Shown piece after piece: positions 18,592-27,166 of a DNA stretch of 64,000 nucleotides. The DNA is taken from positions 68,024 to 132,023 of the forward strand of contig JAPLYT010000003.1 in the NCBI GenBank assembly GCA_026395435.1. Reading direction: 5' to 3'. The translations under genes and the position numbers were made by a program. Each line of letters opens with the position of its first letter. Position 1 is the first letter of the stretch. The DNA comes from Candidatus Saccharimonadota bacterium. Its GTDB lineage: Bacteria > Patescibacteriota > Saccharimonadia > Saccharimonadales > AWTP1-31. The notes below the pieces were generated by a model. The model was not told the DNA's origin, ran no database searches, and was given only the letters and a program-made list of their open reading frames with translations.

Positions 18592-19548
18592 ATGACTAAA
18601 AATTCTATCAACAGCCAACGTATAAGCCTCGTAATACCGATATTTAATGAACAAGACAATATTATCTGGCATTTCAATGAGATTAACGATTTTTTTGAAT
18701 CTCGCTCCATCACATACGAAATTATTTACGTCGATGACGGGAGCAGTGACAATTCACTTAATATTATAGAAGAGCTCCAGGTTGAACATCCAAAAATCGT
18801 TCATTTCATAACCCTATCTCGAAATTTCGGTAAGGAAGCGGCAACAACTGCTGGGCTTTCTGCAGTCACCGGCGATGCTGCAATAATTATGGACGGTGAT
18901 GGCCAGCACCCTATCGGTATCGTAGACGACTTCATGACCCTTTGGAAGTCAGGCAATGACGTTGTCGTGGGCATACGAACGAGCAATAAAAACGAAGGTG
19001 CCGTCAAAAAATACGGCTCGAAATTATTCTATGCAATTCTCAAATTTATTGGCGGTAAAGATGTTATTTCCGGAACAACCGACTTTAGACTCATCGATAA
19101 AAAGGTAGTCACCGAATTCAACAAACTTACTGAACGTAACCGCGTGACCAGAAATCTCCTTGATTGGCTCGGTTTTAAAAGAGCCGAAGTGCCCTTTGAA
19201 GCAGAAGAACGACATGCCGGTACAGCTGGATATTCATATCGAAAACTCTTCAAACTGGCACTTGATGGTATCGTCGCTCATTCCACGCGACCACTAAAAT
19301 TTATTGCGCTTCTTGGTTCGATGATCTCTACAATTTCTGCGATCGTAGGCGTAATGCTGGCAATTCAAAAATACATCCTTGGCGATCCACTCAGTCTTTC
19401 CGTGACAGGTAGTGCCCTCTTAGCACTCTTTGTAACTTTTCTCGTTGGCATCGTACTAGTCTGTCAGGGACTCCTCGCCCTCTATCTTGAGAGCGTCTAT
19501 TACGAAACACAAAATCGACCACTCTACGTCATAAGGAAACATCGATAA
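18592..19548 (+). CDS. GT2 glycosyltransferase, polyprenyl-phosphate sugar synthase type (GtrB/ArnC/Dpm1-like)
   Basis: Start moved to MTKNSINSQRISLVIPIFNE (ATG 18592). YVDDGSSDNS, IIMDGDGQHP, and two C-terminal TM helices. Confidence 0.8.
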   Translation: MTKNSINSQRISLVIPIFNEQDNIIWHFNEINDFFESRSITYEIIYVDDGSSDNSLNIIEELQVEHPKIVHFITLSRNFGKEAATTAGLSAVTGDAAIIMDGDGQHPIGIVDDFMTLWKSGNDVVVGIRTSNKNEGAVKKYGSKLFYAILKFIGGKDVISGTTDFRLIDKKVVTEFNKLTERNRVTRNLLDWLGFKRAEVPFEAEERHAGTAGYSYRKLFKLALDGIVAHSTRPLKFIALLGSMISTISAIVGVMLAIQKYILGDPLSLSVTGSALLALFVTFLVGIVLVCQGLLALYLESVYYETQNRPLYVIRKHR

Positions 19549-20658
19549 GTGAACATCGTTTGGCTTTCCTGGAAAGATATACATCACCCTGAAGCCGGCG
19601 GAGCTGAGCTCGTATCTGATAGAATCCGACAAAATCTTGTCAAAGACGGACACACCGTCACGCTTCTCACTGCATCATACGCTAGCTCAAAATCAGTAGA
19701 AAAAGTTAATGGCGTACGAACCTTGCGGCAAGGCGGAAAATTCAGTGTCTATATGAAGGCCCGCCAATCATACAAAAAAATTAGCGAACCAGTTGATTTG
19801 ATTATCGATGAAATGAATACCATTCCTTTTTTTGGCTGCTTTTATCCCGGATCCGCCAAAAAAGTTCTACTAACCTACCAGCTTGCTCGATCTGTCTGGT
19901 TTTATCAGATTATGTTCCCGTTATCTATAATCGGCTACACTTTGGAGCCACTCTACCTTCGATTACTATCTAAACGATATGCGCTCGTCCTGACAGAATC
20001 TGAGAGCACCAAGACTGACTTGCAACATTATGGTTTTAAGGCTGCAACTATCGAAGTCTTTCGAGTTGGCATGGAGACGAGCCGTCCAGCCCAACTTCCT
20101 AACGCGCCGAGTAGCAATAGTATAGTGTTTCTAGGCGCTCTGAGGCCCATGAAGCGCCCAATTGACGCCATACGAGCATTTGAATCTGCTCGTGATGACA
20201 ACTCCGCCCTAACGCTGACACTTGCCGGAAACACAAACGGATCGTATGCCAAAAAGGTCATAGCGTACGTAGCTCAATCAAGGCATCGTGATCATATCGT
20301 GATGGCCGGAAGAGTGAGTGAAAAAGAAAAGACAGATCTTCTCCGGAATGCTGATGCAATTCTCGTAACTTCAATAAAAGAAGGCTGGGGACTTATTGTC
20401 ACCGAAGCAAACAGCCAGGGCACTCCAGCAGTTGTCTATGATGCTGATGGCCTAAGAGATAGTGTCCTCAAAGATAAAACCGGTAAAATTGTGCCGTCTG
20501 GTGACTTCGCTGCTATGGGAGCTACACTCAACAAACTACTCAAAGATCCAATTCAGTATTCCAAAATTCGCAAAAACGCCTTTGAACATTCAAAGCAATT
20601 TACATTTAAGAATTCATACGCTGATTTCTGCTCTTTACTTGGCATGAAGAAGACTTAA
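19549..20658 (+). CDS. Glycosyltransferase, GT-B fold (family 1/4 type)
   Basis: 369 aa, GTG start immediately after the upstream stop. VTSIKEGWGLIVTEANSQGTPAVVYDADGLRDSV. Confidence 0.8.
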   Translation: MNIVWLSWKDIHHPEAGGAELVSDRIRQNLVKDGHTVTLLTASYASSKSVEKVNGVRTLRQGGKFSVYMKARQSYKKISEPVDLIIDEMNTIPFFGCFYPGSAKKVLLTYQLARSVWFYQIMFPLSIIGYTLEPLYLRLLSKRYALVLTESESTKTDLQHYGFKAATIEVFRVGMETSRPAQLPNAPSSNSIVFLGALRPMKRPIDAIRAFESARDDNSALTLTLAGNTNGSYAKKVIAYVAQSRHRDHIVMAGRVSEKEKTDLLRNADAILVTSIKEGWGLIVTEANSQGTPAVVYDADGLRDSVLKDKTGKIVPSGDFAAMGATLNKLLKDPIQYSKIRKNAFEHSKQFTFKNSYADFCSLLGMKKT

Positions 20659-20709
20659 AGAATCAACGGAATAACCGTACAGAATATAAATTTTGATATA
20701 CTAAAGTGA

Positions 20710-21897
20710 ATGCAAAACCCTACTGCAAAAAAAATTAATGTGTTTGTAGACGGTGAAGTGCTCTGCCTTGATCATTTTAGTGGTATAGGCCACTACACTG
20801 CATCGCTGTTAAAAGAGATCGACACTTTGCTCGAAGATAAAAAATATGAGCATTTCAATGTCACTATCGGTGCGCCCTGGCGACTCGTGCATCGACTAGA
20901 ACGTTTTGGTTTCAAAAATATTACATCTAAGAAAATGCCCTTTGGACCTCATATTGCCAACGGTCTCAAACGATATGGCCTTCTTCCACCAATCGACTTA
21001 TTTTTCGGAAAACAAATATATGTTTTCCCACATTTTAGTTCATGGCCGACCATTATGAGTCCGTCGGTACCCATTATCTATGATCTTTCTTTCGTGTTGT
21101 ATCCAGAATTTTCTGAAGAGCGTAACCGATCACTCCTCGTCAAACAATCTGCTCTATCTGCAAAACGAGCAAACCGAATTATTACGATTTCTACCAACAG
21201 TAAAAAAGAAATAGCAGACGAATATGCATATGATGTCGAAAAGATTGATATTCTGTATCCGATTATTAGCCGTGCTGAGTTTTATCCACGTTCAAAGACA
21301 GAAATCCGGACCGTCAAGGCGAAATACGGAATATTTGAAGAATACCTATTGTATGTTGGTAATATCGAACCTCGCAAAAATCTAGTGACACTGCTAAAAG
21401 CGTACGATGGGTTAGACTCAAATCTGCAGAAGAAATATCCGCTTCTTCTTGTTGGCGCAAAGGGATGGAAAGATGACGAAATACACACGACCATCGCATC
21501 AATGCAGGCTCGAGGCCTTAAGGTAATCCAGCCAAACGATTACGTAGGTGATGAAGACATGCCAGCTTTAATTAGTGGCGCTACCGTTTTCGCCTATGTC
21601 AGTAAATATGAAGGTTTTGGAATACCTCCGGTCGAAGCGATGTTCTGCGGCACGCCAGTTGTAAGTAGCGACAACTCTTCTCTGCCTGAAGCGACAGGAA
21701 ATGCCGGAATGATGGTCAATGCCGATAGTCCTAAAGCTATCACAAAAGCTCTTAAAAGTTTATTGTCCGATGAAAGTATGCGCCGAGAATATAGAGATAA
21801 AGGTTTGAAGCATAGTCACAATAGTATGTTTAAAGTGGGTTCCAACGCAGAAAAATTCTTTGATTTAATCACTAACATAGAGATAGGAAAATCTTGA
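20710..21897 (+). CDS. Glycosyltransferase, GT-B fold (family 1/4 type)
   Basis: 395 aa. YVSKYEGFGIPPVEAMFCGTPVVSSDNSSLPE is the GT4 signature. Confidence 0.8.
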   Translation: MQNPTAKKINVFVDGEVLCLDHFSGIGHYTASLLKEIDTLLEDKKYEHFNVTIGAPWRLVHRLERFGFKNITSKKMPFGPHIANGLKRYGLLPPIDLFFGKQIYVFPHFSSWPTIMSPSVPIIYDLSFVLYPEFSEERNRSLLVKQSALSAKRANRIITISTNSKKEIADEYAYDVEKIDILYPIISRAEFYPRSKTEIRTVKAKYGIFEEYLLYVGNIEPRKNLVTLLKAYDGLDSNLQKKYPLLLVGAKGWKDDEIHTTIASMQARGLKVIQPNDYVGDEDMPALISGATVFAYVSKYEGFGIPPVEAMFCGTPVVSSDNSSLPEATGNAGMMVNADSPKAITKALKSLLSDESMRREYRDKGLKHSHNSMFKVGSNAEKFFDLITNIEIGKS

Positions 21898-21898
21898 A

Positions 21899-22900
21899 AT
21901 GAGTACCATTAAAAAAGCTCTCGTAAGAATTCCTGTATTAGGATATCTCCTACGCCTAGGATTAAGTATCGTACAACTACCACGATATATAACGCAATTA
22001 AAGGATACTGCTCAAAAAAATACCCTTGAAATCGAAAACCTAAAACAGAAAACAACTCGCGCAAATACAAAAATCATCGAGCTTATAGAAAACAATGCGA
22101 CACTCGAATCTGAGTTAATAACGACGCATAGAAAGATATCTGAATTAAAAATACATTCTGAAAAAACTCACAGTAAACCCGTGGCAGTTACTAATGAGGC
22201 GAACATGAGTGATGCTCAGAAATCAAATATCTTAGCCGACGATCATAGTCTTGATGATTTCTATGTGTCATTTGAGGATTCTTTTAGAGGCAGCGAGCAG
22301 GTTATATTAGAGCGGTTACAAGTATACGTGCCGTATTTTAAAGCCTTAAAAAAAATAAATTCCTCTAAAAAACCCGTTCTCGATATCGGATGCGGGCGCG
22401 GTGAATTCCTGGAACTTATGAAAACTAATAAACTAGATGCAATTGGCCTAGATCTTAATGAAACCATGGTAAAACTTTCAGTTAAACGCGGATTCAAGGC
22501 CACTCAAGCAAATGCTATTAGCTATATGGCAGACCAGAAAGCTAAAAGCTTCAGCGCCATAACTGGCTTCCATATTGTCGAACATATTCATTTCAGTGAA
22601 CTGCTGCAACTCTTCAAAGAATCATACCGAGCCCTTGAGAATGACGGTTTCGTTTTATTTGAAACTCCAAACCCAGAGAATCTCAGCGTAGGAGCTTTTA
22701 GCTTTTATTACGATCCTTCACATTTACGACCAATTCCGCCAGAATTCCTAAAATTTTGTCTCACGTATGTCGGATTCAAGAAAGTAAAGATCATTCCACT
22801 CCATCCTGCCCTCGAAGTTTCCTACGAAGATGAAGTCATCAATAGTACCGTAAAGAAGCTATTTGGCCCCCAGGATTACGCCGTTATAGGTTATAAATAA
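21899..22900 (+). CDS. SAM-dependent methyltransferase with N-terminal amphipathic/coiled-coil extension
   Basis: 333 aa. N-terminal ~110 aa are heptad-like (LKDTAQKNTLEIENLKQKTTRANTKIIELIENNATLESELITTHRKISELK). Then VLDIGCGRGEFLE (motif I) and ITGFHIVEHI. Confidence 0.75.
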   Translation: MSTIKKALVRIPVLGYLLRLGLSIVQLPRYITQLKDTAQKNTLEIENLKQKTTRANTKIIELIENNATLESELITTHRKISELKIHSEKTHSKPVAVTNEANMSDAQKSNILADDHSLDDFYVSFEDSFRGSEQVILERLQVYVPYFKALKKINSSKKPVLDIGCGRGEFLELMKTNKLDAIGLDLNETMVKLSVKRGFKATQANAISYMADQKAKSFSAITGFHIVEHIHFSELLQLFKESYRALENDGFVLFETPNPENLSVGAFSFYYDPSHLRPIPPEFLKFCLTYVGFKKVKIIPLHPALEVSYEDEVINSTVKKLFGPQDYAVIGYK

Positions 22901-22916
22901 ACCTTAAAACTATTAA

Positions 22917-24095
22917 TTATTTTTGTGAAATATCAAAATCAAGGTCTATTGCATACGCAACTTGCCTATCACGTCGCACCGTAAAAGGCTGAGCATCTTC
23001 CCAAAAATCATGTACTGTTACGCCATCCTCATGCGTAATAACTACGTCAATATTGTATGACCCATCACTGAATACATTCGGGAAAGACCACGTTATAGTG
23101 CTCGAATCTCCTTTGTCCAATGATTTTGTCTTGCTTCGCATTATCGTCGTATTGGTTCCAGCAACCTGCTGCCCTGCGCTTGTCTTTATCCTCAAGCCAA
23201 GTACATAATTAGAAACAGGCTGTTCTGCTGTAATAGTCTGCTTGATATCGATCGTCTTTTCATTTACGGTAATTGAAACAGTATCGTAATATACCTTACG
23301 ATCGCCCATCCTCTTGCCGTTATTTTTTACGGTAGCATCTTGTTTCGTGTCTGAGTTGAAAAGTCTAGTGTATGCTATCGCAACTTTTTCTGGCGAGCCA
23401 CTAAGAATTAATTTGCTCGATTCTATTAGTACGGCCCGATCGCAATACTGTCGTACCGCTTCCATGTCATGGCTCACAAAAATTACCGTCTTTTCATCAT
23501 GTTTTAATTGTTTAAAATAATCGAAACATTTGCGCTGGAAGTCAGCATCACCGACTGCAAGGACTTCGTCAATAAGCAACACATCAGCCTTAGCTCGTAC
23601 TGCCATAGAGAACGCAAGACGAACTTGCATACCCGAAGAGTAGTTCTTGAGCTGTTGATCCATGAATTTTCCGAGCTCTGCAAATTCAACGATTTCGTCA
23701 TATTGCGCTTCGATTTCTTTTCGGCTAAAGCCAAGTAATGCACCATTCAAGTAGACGTTTTCTCTACCGGTAAGTTCTGGGTTGAAGCCAACACCTAACT
23801 CGATAAACGGCACAAGCTTACCTGATACATGAATCTTACCAGAGTTTGGCTGATAGATTCCAGCGATCATCTTAAGTAAGGTGCTTTTACCACTTCCATT
23901 CCGTCCGACAATCCCAAAAAATTCACCTTTTTTTATATCAAAAGATACGTCAGTGAGCGCGTGCTGAACATCTTTTTTAGCAACTTCGCTGTTCTTAAAC
24001 GTGCTCGTGAGAAGACTCTTTATTGTTCCAGCACGGCCGCTGGTATAGTGAAAATTCTTTGATACATTCTGGACTCGAATTGCGAAATCATCCAT
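22917..24095 (-). CDS. wzt: Polysaccharide ABC exporter ATP-binding protein with extra C-terminal ~150-aa domain (Wzt/TagH type)
   Basis: 392 aa. Walker A GRNGSGKST, signature YSSGMQVRLAF, Walker B LLIDEVLAVGD. A beta-rich C-terminal extension follows residue ~245. Confidence 0.85.
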   Translation of the reverse strand: MDDFAIRVQNVSKNFHYTSGRAGTIKSLLTSTFKNSEVAKKDVQHALTDVSFDIKKGEFFGIVGRNGSGKSTLLKMIAGIYQPNSGKIHVSGKLVPFIELGVGFNPELTGRENVYLNGALLGFSRKEIEAQYDEIVEFAELGKFMDQQLKNYSSGMQVRLAFSMAVRAKADVLLIDEVLAVGDADFQRKCFDYFKQLKHDEKTVIFVSHDMEAVRQYCDRAVLIESSKLILSGSPEKVAIAYTRLFNSDTKQDATVKNNGKRMGDRKVYYDTVSITVNEKTIDIKQTITAEQPVSNYVLGLRIKTSAGQQVAGTNTTIMRSKTKSLDKGDSSTITWSFPNVFSDGSYNIDVVITHEDGVTVHDFWEDAQPFTVRRDRQVAYAIDLDFDISQK

Positions 24096-24097
24096 GA

Positions 24098-24901
24098 CTA
24101 CACCTCCTCCGCAAAGTAACGAGAACGAGCTCTAAAATAAGCAACAGCTATGATAACGCTACCCAAGACGATAGACAATGGCACAAGTCTGATCGACTGA
24201 GTACCATACACGGAACTAATAGTTTGGGCTTTATCGGTTACTAAAACGTATCTCATATCTTGGATAATCTGAGCTACGGGGTTTAACATAAGTATTTTTG
24301 CTGCGTCTAATGGCACCTTGGATAGTGGGTAGAGTATTGGAGTTGCATAAAATGCCCCTTGCATAACTACGTCCCAGATATAACTTATGTCCCTAAATCG
24401 GACGAAAGCCGCACTCAAGAAAAAAGCTAAAGCAAGTGAAAAAATGAATAATTCAACAATAAAAATAGGGAATGTAAGAGCAACCATTCTAACGTCAACT
24501 TTATTGAGATACATAAACAAAGCAACGATAATCATATTCAGCGTTAAGTTAATAAGTGCTGAAAATGAATTGGACAGAATAATAACGTATTTCGGGAAGT
24601 TTATCTTGCGTATAAGATCGCCTTTTGAAACAATCACGCTCACACTACCTGTTGTGACTTCTACGAAAAAATTCCACAGTATAATACCCAGAAGTAGGTA
24701 TACCGGGTAGTGTGGAACATCTCTCCCCACATCAAGGAACTTTGTAAAAACTACGTACAAAATGACGAATATCGCCAGTGGGCGAAGGAGTGACCAAATA
24801 TACCCCAAGAATGAACCTTGGTAACGTAATTTAAAGTCAGTTTTGACTAACTGCTTAAGTAGAATGGTCGAATATCGATACCGTTGTTTCAGATTTTGCA
24901 C
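24098..24901 (-). CDS. wzm: ABC-2 type polysaccharide exporter permease (Wzm/TagG type)
   Basis: 267 aa. About six TM helices, with the N-terminal LVKTDFKLRYQGSFLGYIWSLLRPL signature of ABC-2 permeases. Stop lies 2 nt before the wzt ATG. Confidence 0.85.
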   Translation of the reverse strand: MQNLKQRYRYSTILLKQLVKTDFKLRYQGSFLGYIWSLLRPLAIFVILYVVFTKFLDVGRDVPHYPVYLLLGIILWNFFVEVTTGSVSVIVSKGDLIRKINFPKYVIILSNSFSALINLTLNMIIVALFMYLNKVDVRMVALTFPIFIVELFIFSLALAFFLSAAFVRFRDISYIWDVVMQGAFYATPILYPLSKVPLDAAKILMLNPVAQIIQDMRYVLVTDKAQTISSVYGTQSIRLVPLSIVLGSVIIAVAYFRARSRYFAEEV

Positions 24902-24965
24902 GTATCTATATTTTAGAGTGTTTTATACTGTACGGCAATGATACATTACGCATATACTAGTAGCT

Positions 24966-25892
24966 ATGAGTGAAAAAATTATGGTCGTAGGAGTGAATGG
25001 TTTTGTTGGTAAACATCTTGCACGAGAATTGCATGGTCAGAATTTTGAAGTCTACGGTACTGGAATGGATGATGGCATTGCACCTGAAATAGCCGACCAC
25101 GTGTCAAACTACACAAAGTGTGATCTCACGGTTGTTGGTCAAATAGAGCGCCTGGACTTTGAGGGTGTTACAGCAGTCATAAATCTTGCCGGTCTTGCGA
25201 ACGTCGGTGCGTCTTTTGGAAATGAAGCACAATACAACGCCGTCAACGTTGCCGTACATACGAATATAGTTGATCGAATCCAGACACTTGGCAGGAACAT
25301 CAGAGTCTTGGCAATTAGTACAGGCGCCGTATACGACAACCATCAGCCCATGCCTTTATCAGAAGATGGTGCGCTTGCGTCAGAGGCCTCCCCATATGCA
25401 CTAAGTAAAATCGCAATGGAAGAAGCCTTAGAGGTTATGATCGGAGATGGACAAGATATCATCATTGCGAGACCGTTCAATCATATTGGTCCAGGCCAAC
25501 TAGGCGGCTTCTTGGTGCCCGACCTTGCGCAACAAATTCATAGTTCTGATGAAGTTACCGTCGGAAATCTTGAGACAGAACGTGACTATACTGACGTGCG
25601 AGATGTGGTTCGTGCCTATATCTTACTTGCTACAAAACCAGAGCTAGCCCACCGGATCTATAATGTGTGCTCTGGGAAAAGTGTTAAAGGAACGTCTATC
25701 CTGGAACTCATTAAAACAGGCCTTCAAAAGGAAGATATTCCGGTTATCGTCGATCAGTCAAAAATACGACCAAATGATCCCGAAAGAGTAGTCGGCTCTA
25801 ATGCTCGCATACTTGCCGAGACAGGATGGAAACCAACCTATGAGCTTAGCCAAACGATTTCAGACTACTTAGATTCTGCTTTTAAGTCGTGA
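24966..25892 (+). CDS. NAD(P)-dependent sugar-nucleotide reductase/epimerase, candidate GDP-4-keto-6-deoxy-D-mannose reductase (Rmd-like)
   Basis: 308 aa. VVGVNGFVGKHL Rossmann motif, YALSKIAME (YxxxK). Convergent with and overlapping gmd by 28 nt. Specificity not determinable by eye. Confidence 0.6.
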   Translation: MSEKIMVVGVNGFVGKHLARELHGQNFEVYGTGMDDGIAPEIADHVSNYTKCDLTVVGQIERLDFEGVTAVINLAGLANVGASFGNEAQYNAVNVAVHTNIVDRIQTLGRNIRVLAISTGAVYDNHQPMPLSEDGALASEASPYALSKIAMEEALEVMIGDGQDIIIARPFNHIGPGQLGGFLVPDLAQQIHSSDEVTVGNLETERDYTDVRDVVRAYILLATKPELAHRIYNVCSGKSVKGTSILELIKTGLQKEDIPVIVDQSKIRPNDPERVVGSNARILAETGWKPTYELSQTISDYLDSAFKS

Positions 25893-26905
25893 TCGACCAT
25901 TAGTTTTACGAGACCCGGGAAGTCCACTTTGCGCTTCCAACCTAAGACTGTTTCGGCCTTAGTTGGGTCACCGAGAAGTAGATCTACCTCTGATGGGCGG
26001 AAAAATTCGGGATTGATTGCAATGAGCACTTCGTTGGTTTCGCTATTGAGACCTTTTTCATCGACGCCGCTGCCTGACCATGAAATCGTAATACCAATTT
26101 CCTTGAAGGCTAGCTCACAGAATTCACGGATCGTATGCGTCTCTCCGGTAGCGAGCACGTAATCATCAGGCTCGTCCTGTTGGAGCATCCGCCACATTCC
26201 TTCCACGTAATCACCCGCATAACCCCAATCTCGCTTAGCGTCGAGGTTGCCGAGTTCGATAGATTCCTGAAGTCCTAGTTTTATTCGAGCAACAGCTTGG
26301 CTGATCTTTCGAGTGACGAATTCAGGGCCACGGCGTTCACCTTCGTGATTGAAAAGGATACCCGTGACGTTAAACATGCCGTAGTTTTCTCGATAGTTCT
26401 TGGTGATCCAGTGGCCGTATAATTTGGCAACGCCATAAGGGCTACGCGGATGAAAGGCTGCATCTTCTGTGTAGCCGGTTTCTGGCCGATTATATTCGAG
26501 TCCGCCAAACATTTCACTCGTTGAAGCCTGGTAAAACCTCGTAGTTTTTTCCAGCCCTGCAAGTCGAATCGCCTCCAGAACGTTGAGGACACCTTTGCCA
26601 GTGACATCGGCCGTAAGTACAGGATCTCGAAACGAGTAGCCAACATGACTTATTGCAGCGAGGTTATAGACTTCATCAGGTTTAATTTCTTGCATTGCAC
26701 GAGTAAGTGCCGAAAGATCAAGCAGATCAGCCATTATGAGGTTCGCATAGGGCATCTCGGTACGAACTTGTTGATACCTCGGGTGGCTGGCTTCTAACTG
26801 ACCTCGAATAACACCGTAAACTTCATAACCTTTTTCGTGCAAGAGAGCAGCGAGGTGTCCACCGTCTTGTCCGGCGATACCAGTGATAAGTGCTTTCTTA
26901 GCCAT
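25865..26905 (-). CDS. gmd: GDP-mannose 4,6-dehydratase
   Basis: 346 aa. KKALITGIAGQDGGHLAALLHEKGYEV, ASTSEMFG, SPYGVAKLY, NHEGERRG are all hallmark Gmd motifs. Confidence 0.92.
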   Translation of the reverse strand: MAKKALITGIAGQDGGHLAALLHEKGYEVYGVIRGQLEASHPRYQQVRTEMPYANLIMADLLDLSALTRAMQEIKPDEVYNLAAISHVGYSFRDPVLTADVTGKGVLNVLEAIRLAGLEKTTRFYQASTSEMFGGLEYNRPETGYTEDAAFHPRSPYGVAKLYGHWITKNYRENYGMFNVTGILFNHEGERRGPEFVTRKISQAVARIKLGLQESIELGNLDAKRDWGYAGDYVEGMWRMLQQDEPDDYVLATGETHTIREFCELAFKEIGITISWSGSGVDEKGLNSETNEVLIAINPEFFRPSEVDLLLGDPTKAETVLGWKRKVDFPGLVKLMVDHDLKAESK

Positions 26906-27102
26906 TACGCTACAGCCTGTTCGTTAACTGGTATAACTAGAGCACCGACCAAAGATAAAACAGGTACGGGTTCACCGGCATGAATCAGATGATAGTTTTC
27001 TCCCAGTGCTTCTGTGTAGACTTCCACTGCCTCAGGTGTTGCTGGGTCTAGACCCTCTTTTGAGGTAAAATCGTTAAAACTTCCGGGGCTTGATTCTGAC
27101 AC
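26905..27102 (-). CDS. Small acidic hypothetical protein (65 aa)
   Basis: The stop overlaps the gmd ATG by 1 nt (TAATG), implying translational coupling. No recognisable motif. Confidence 0.35.
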   Translation of the reverse strand: MSESSPGSFNDFTSKEGLDPATPEAVEVYTEALGENYHLIHAGEPVPVLSLVGALVIPVNEQAVA

Positions 27103-27166
27103 GTTTGTCTCCTTCGTTTACTGTGACATTATTATACCTAAAAAATAACGCTTAAAGGTTGTAATA

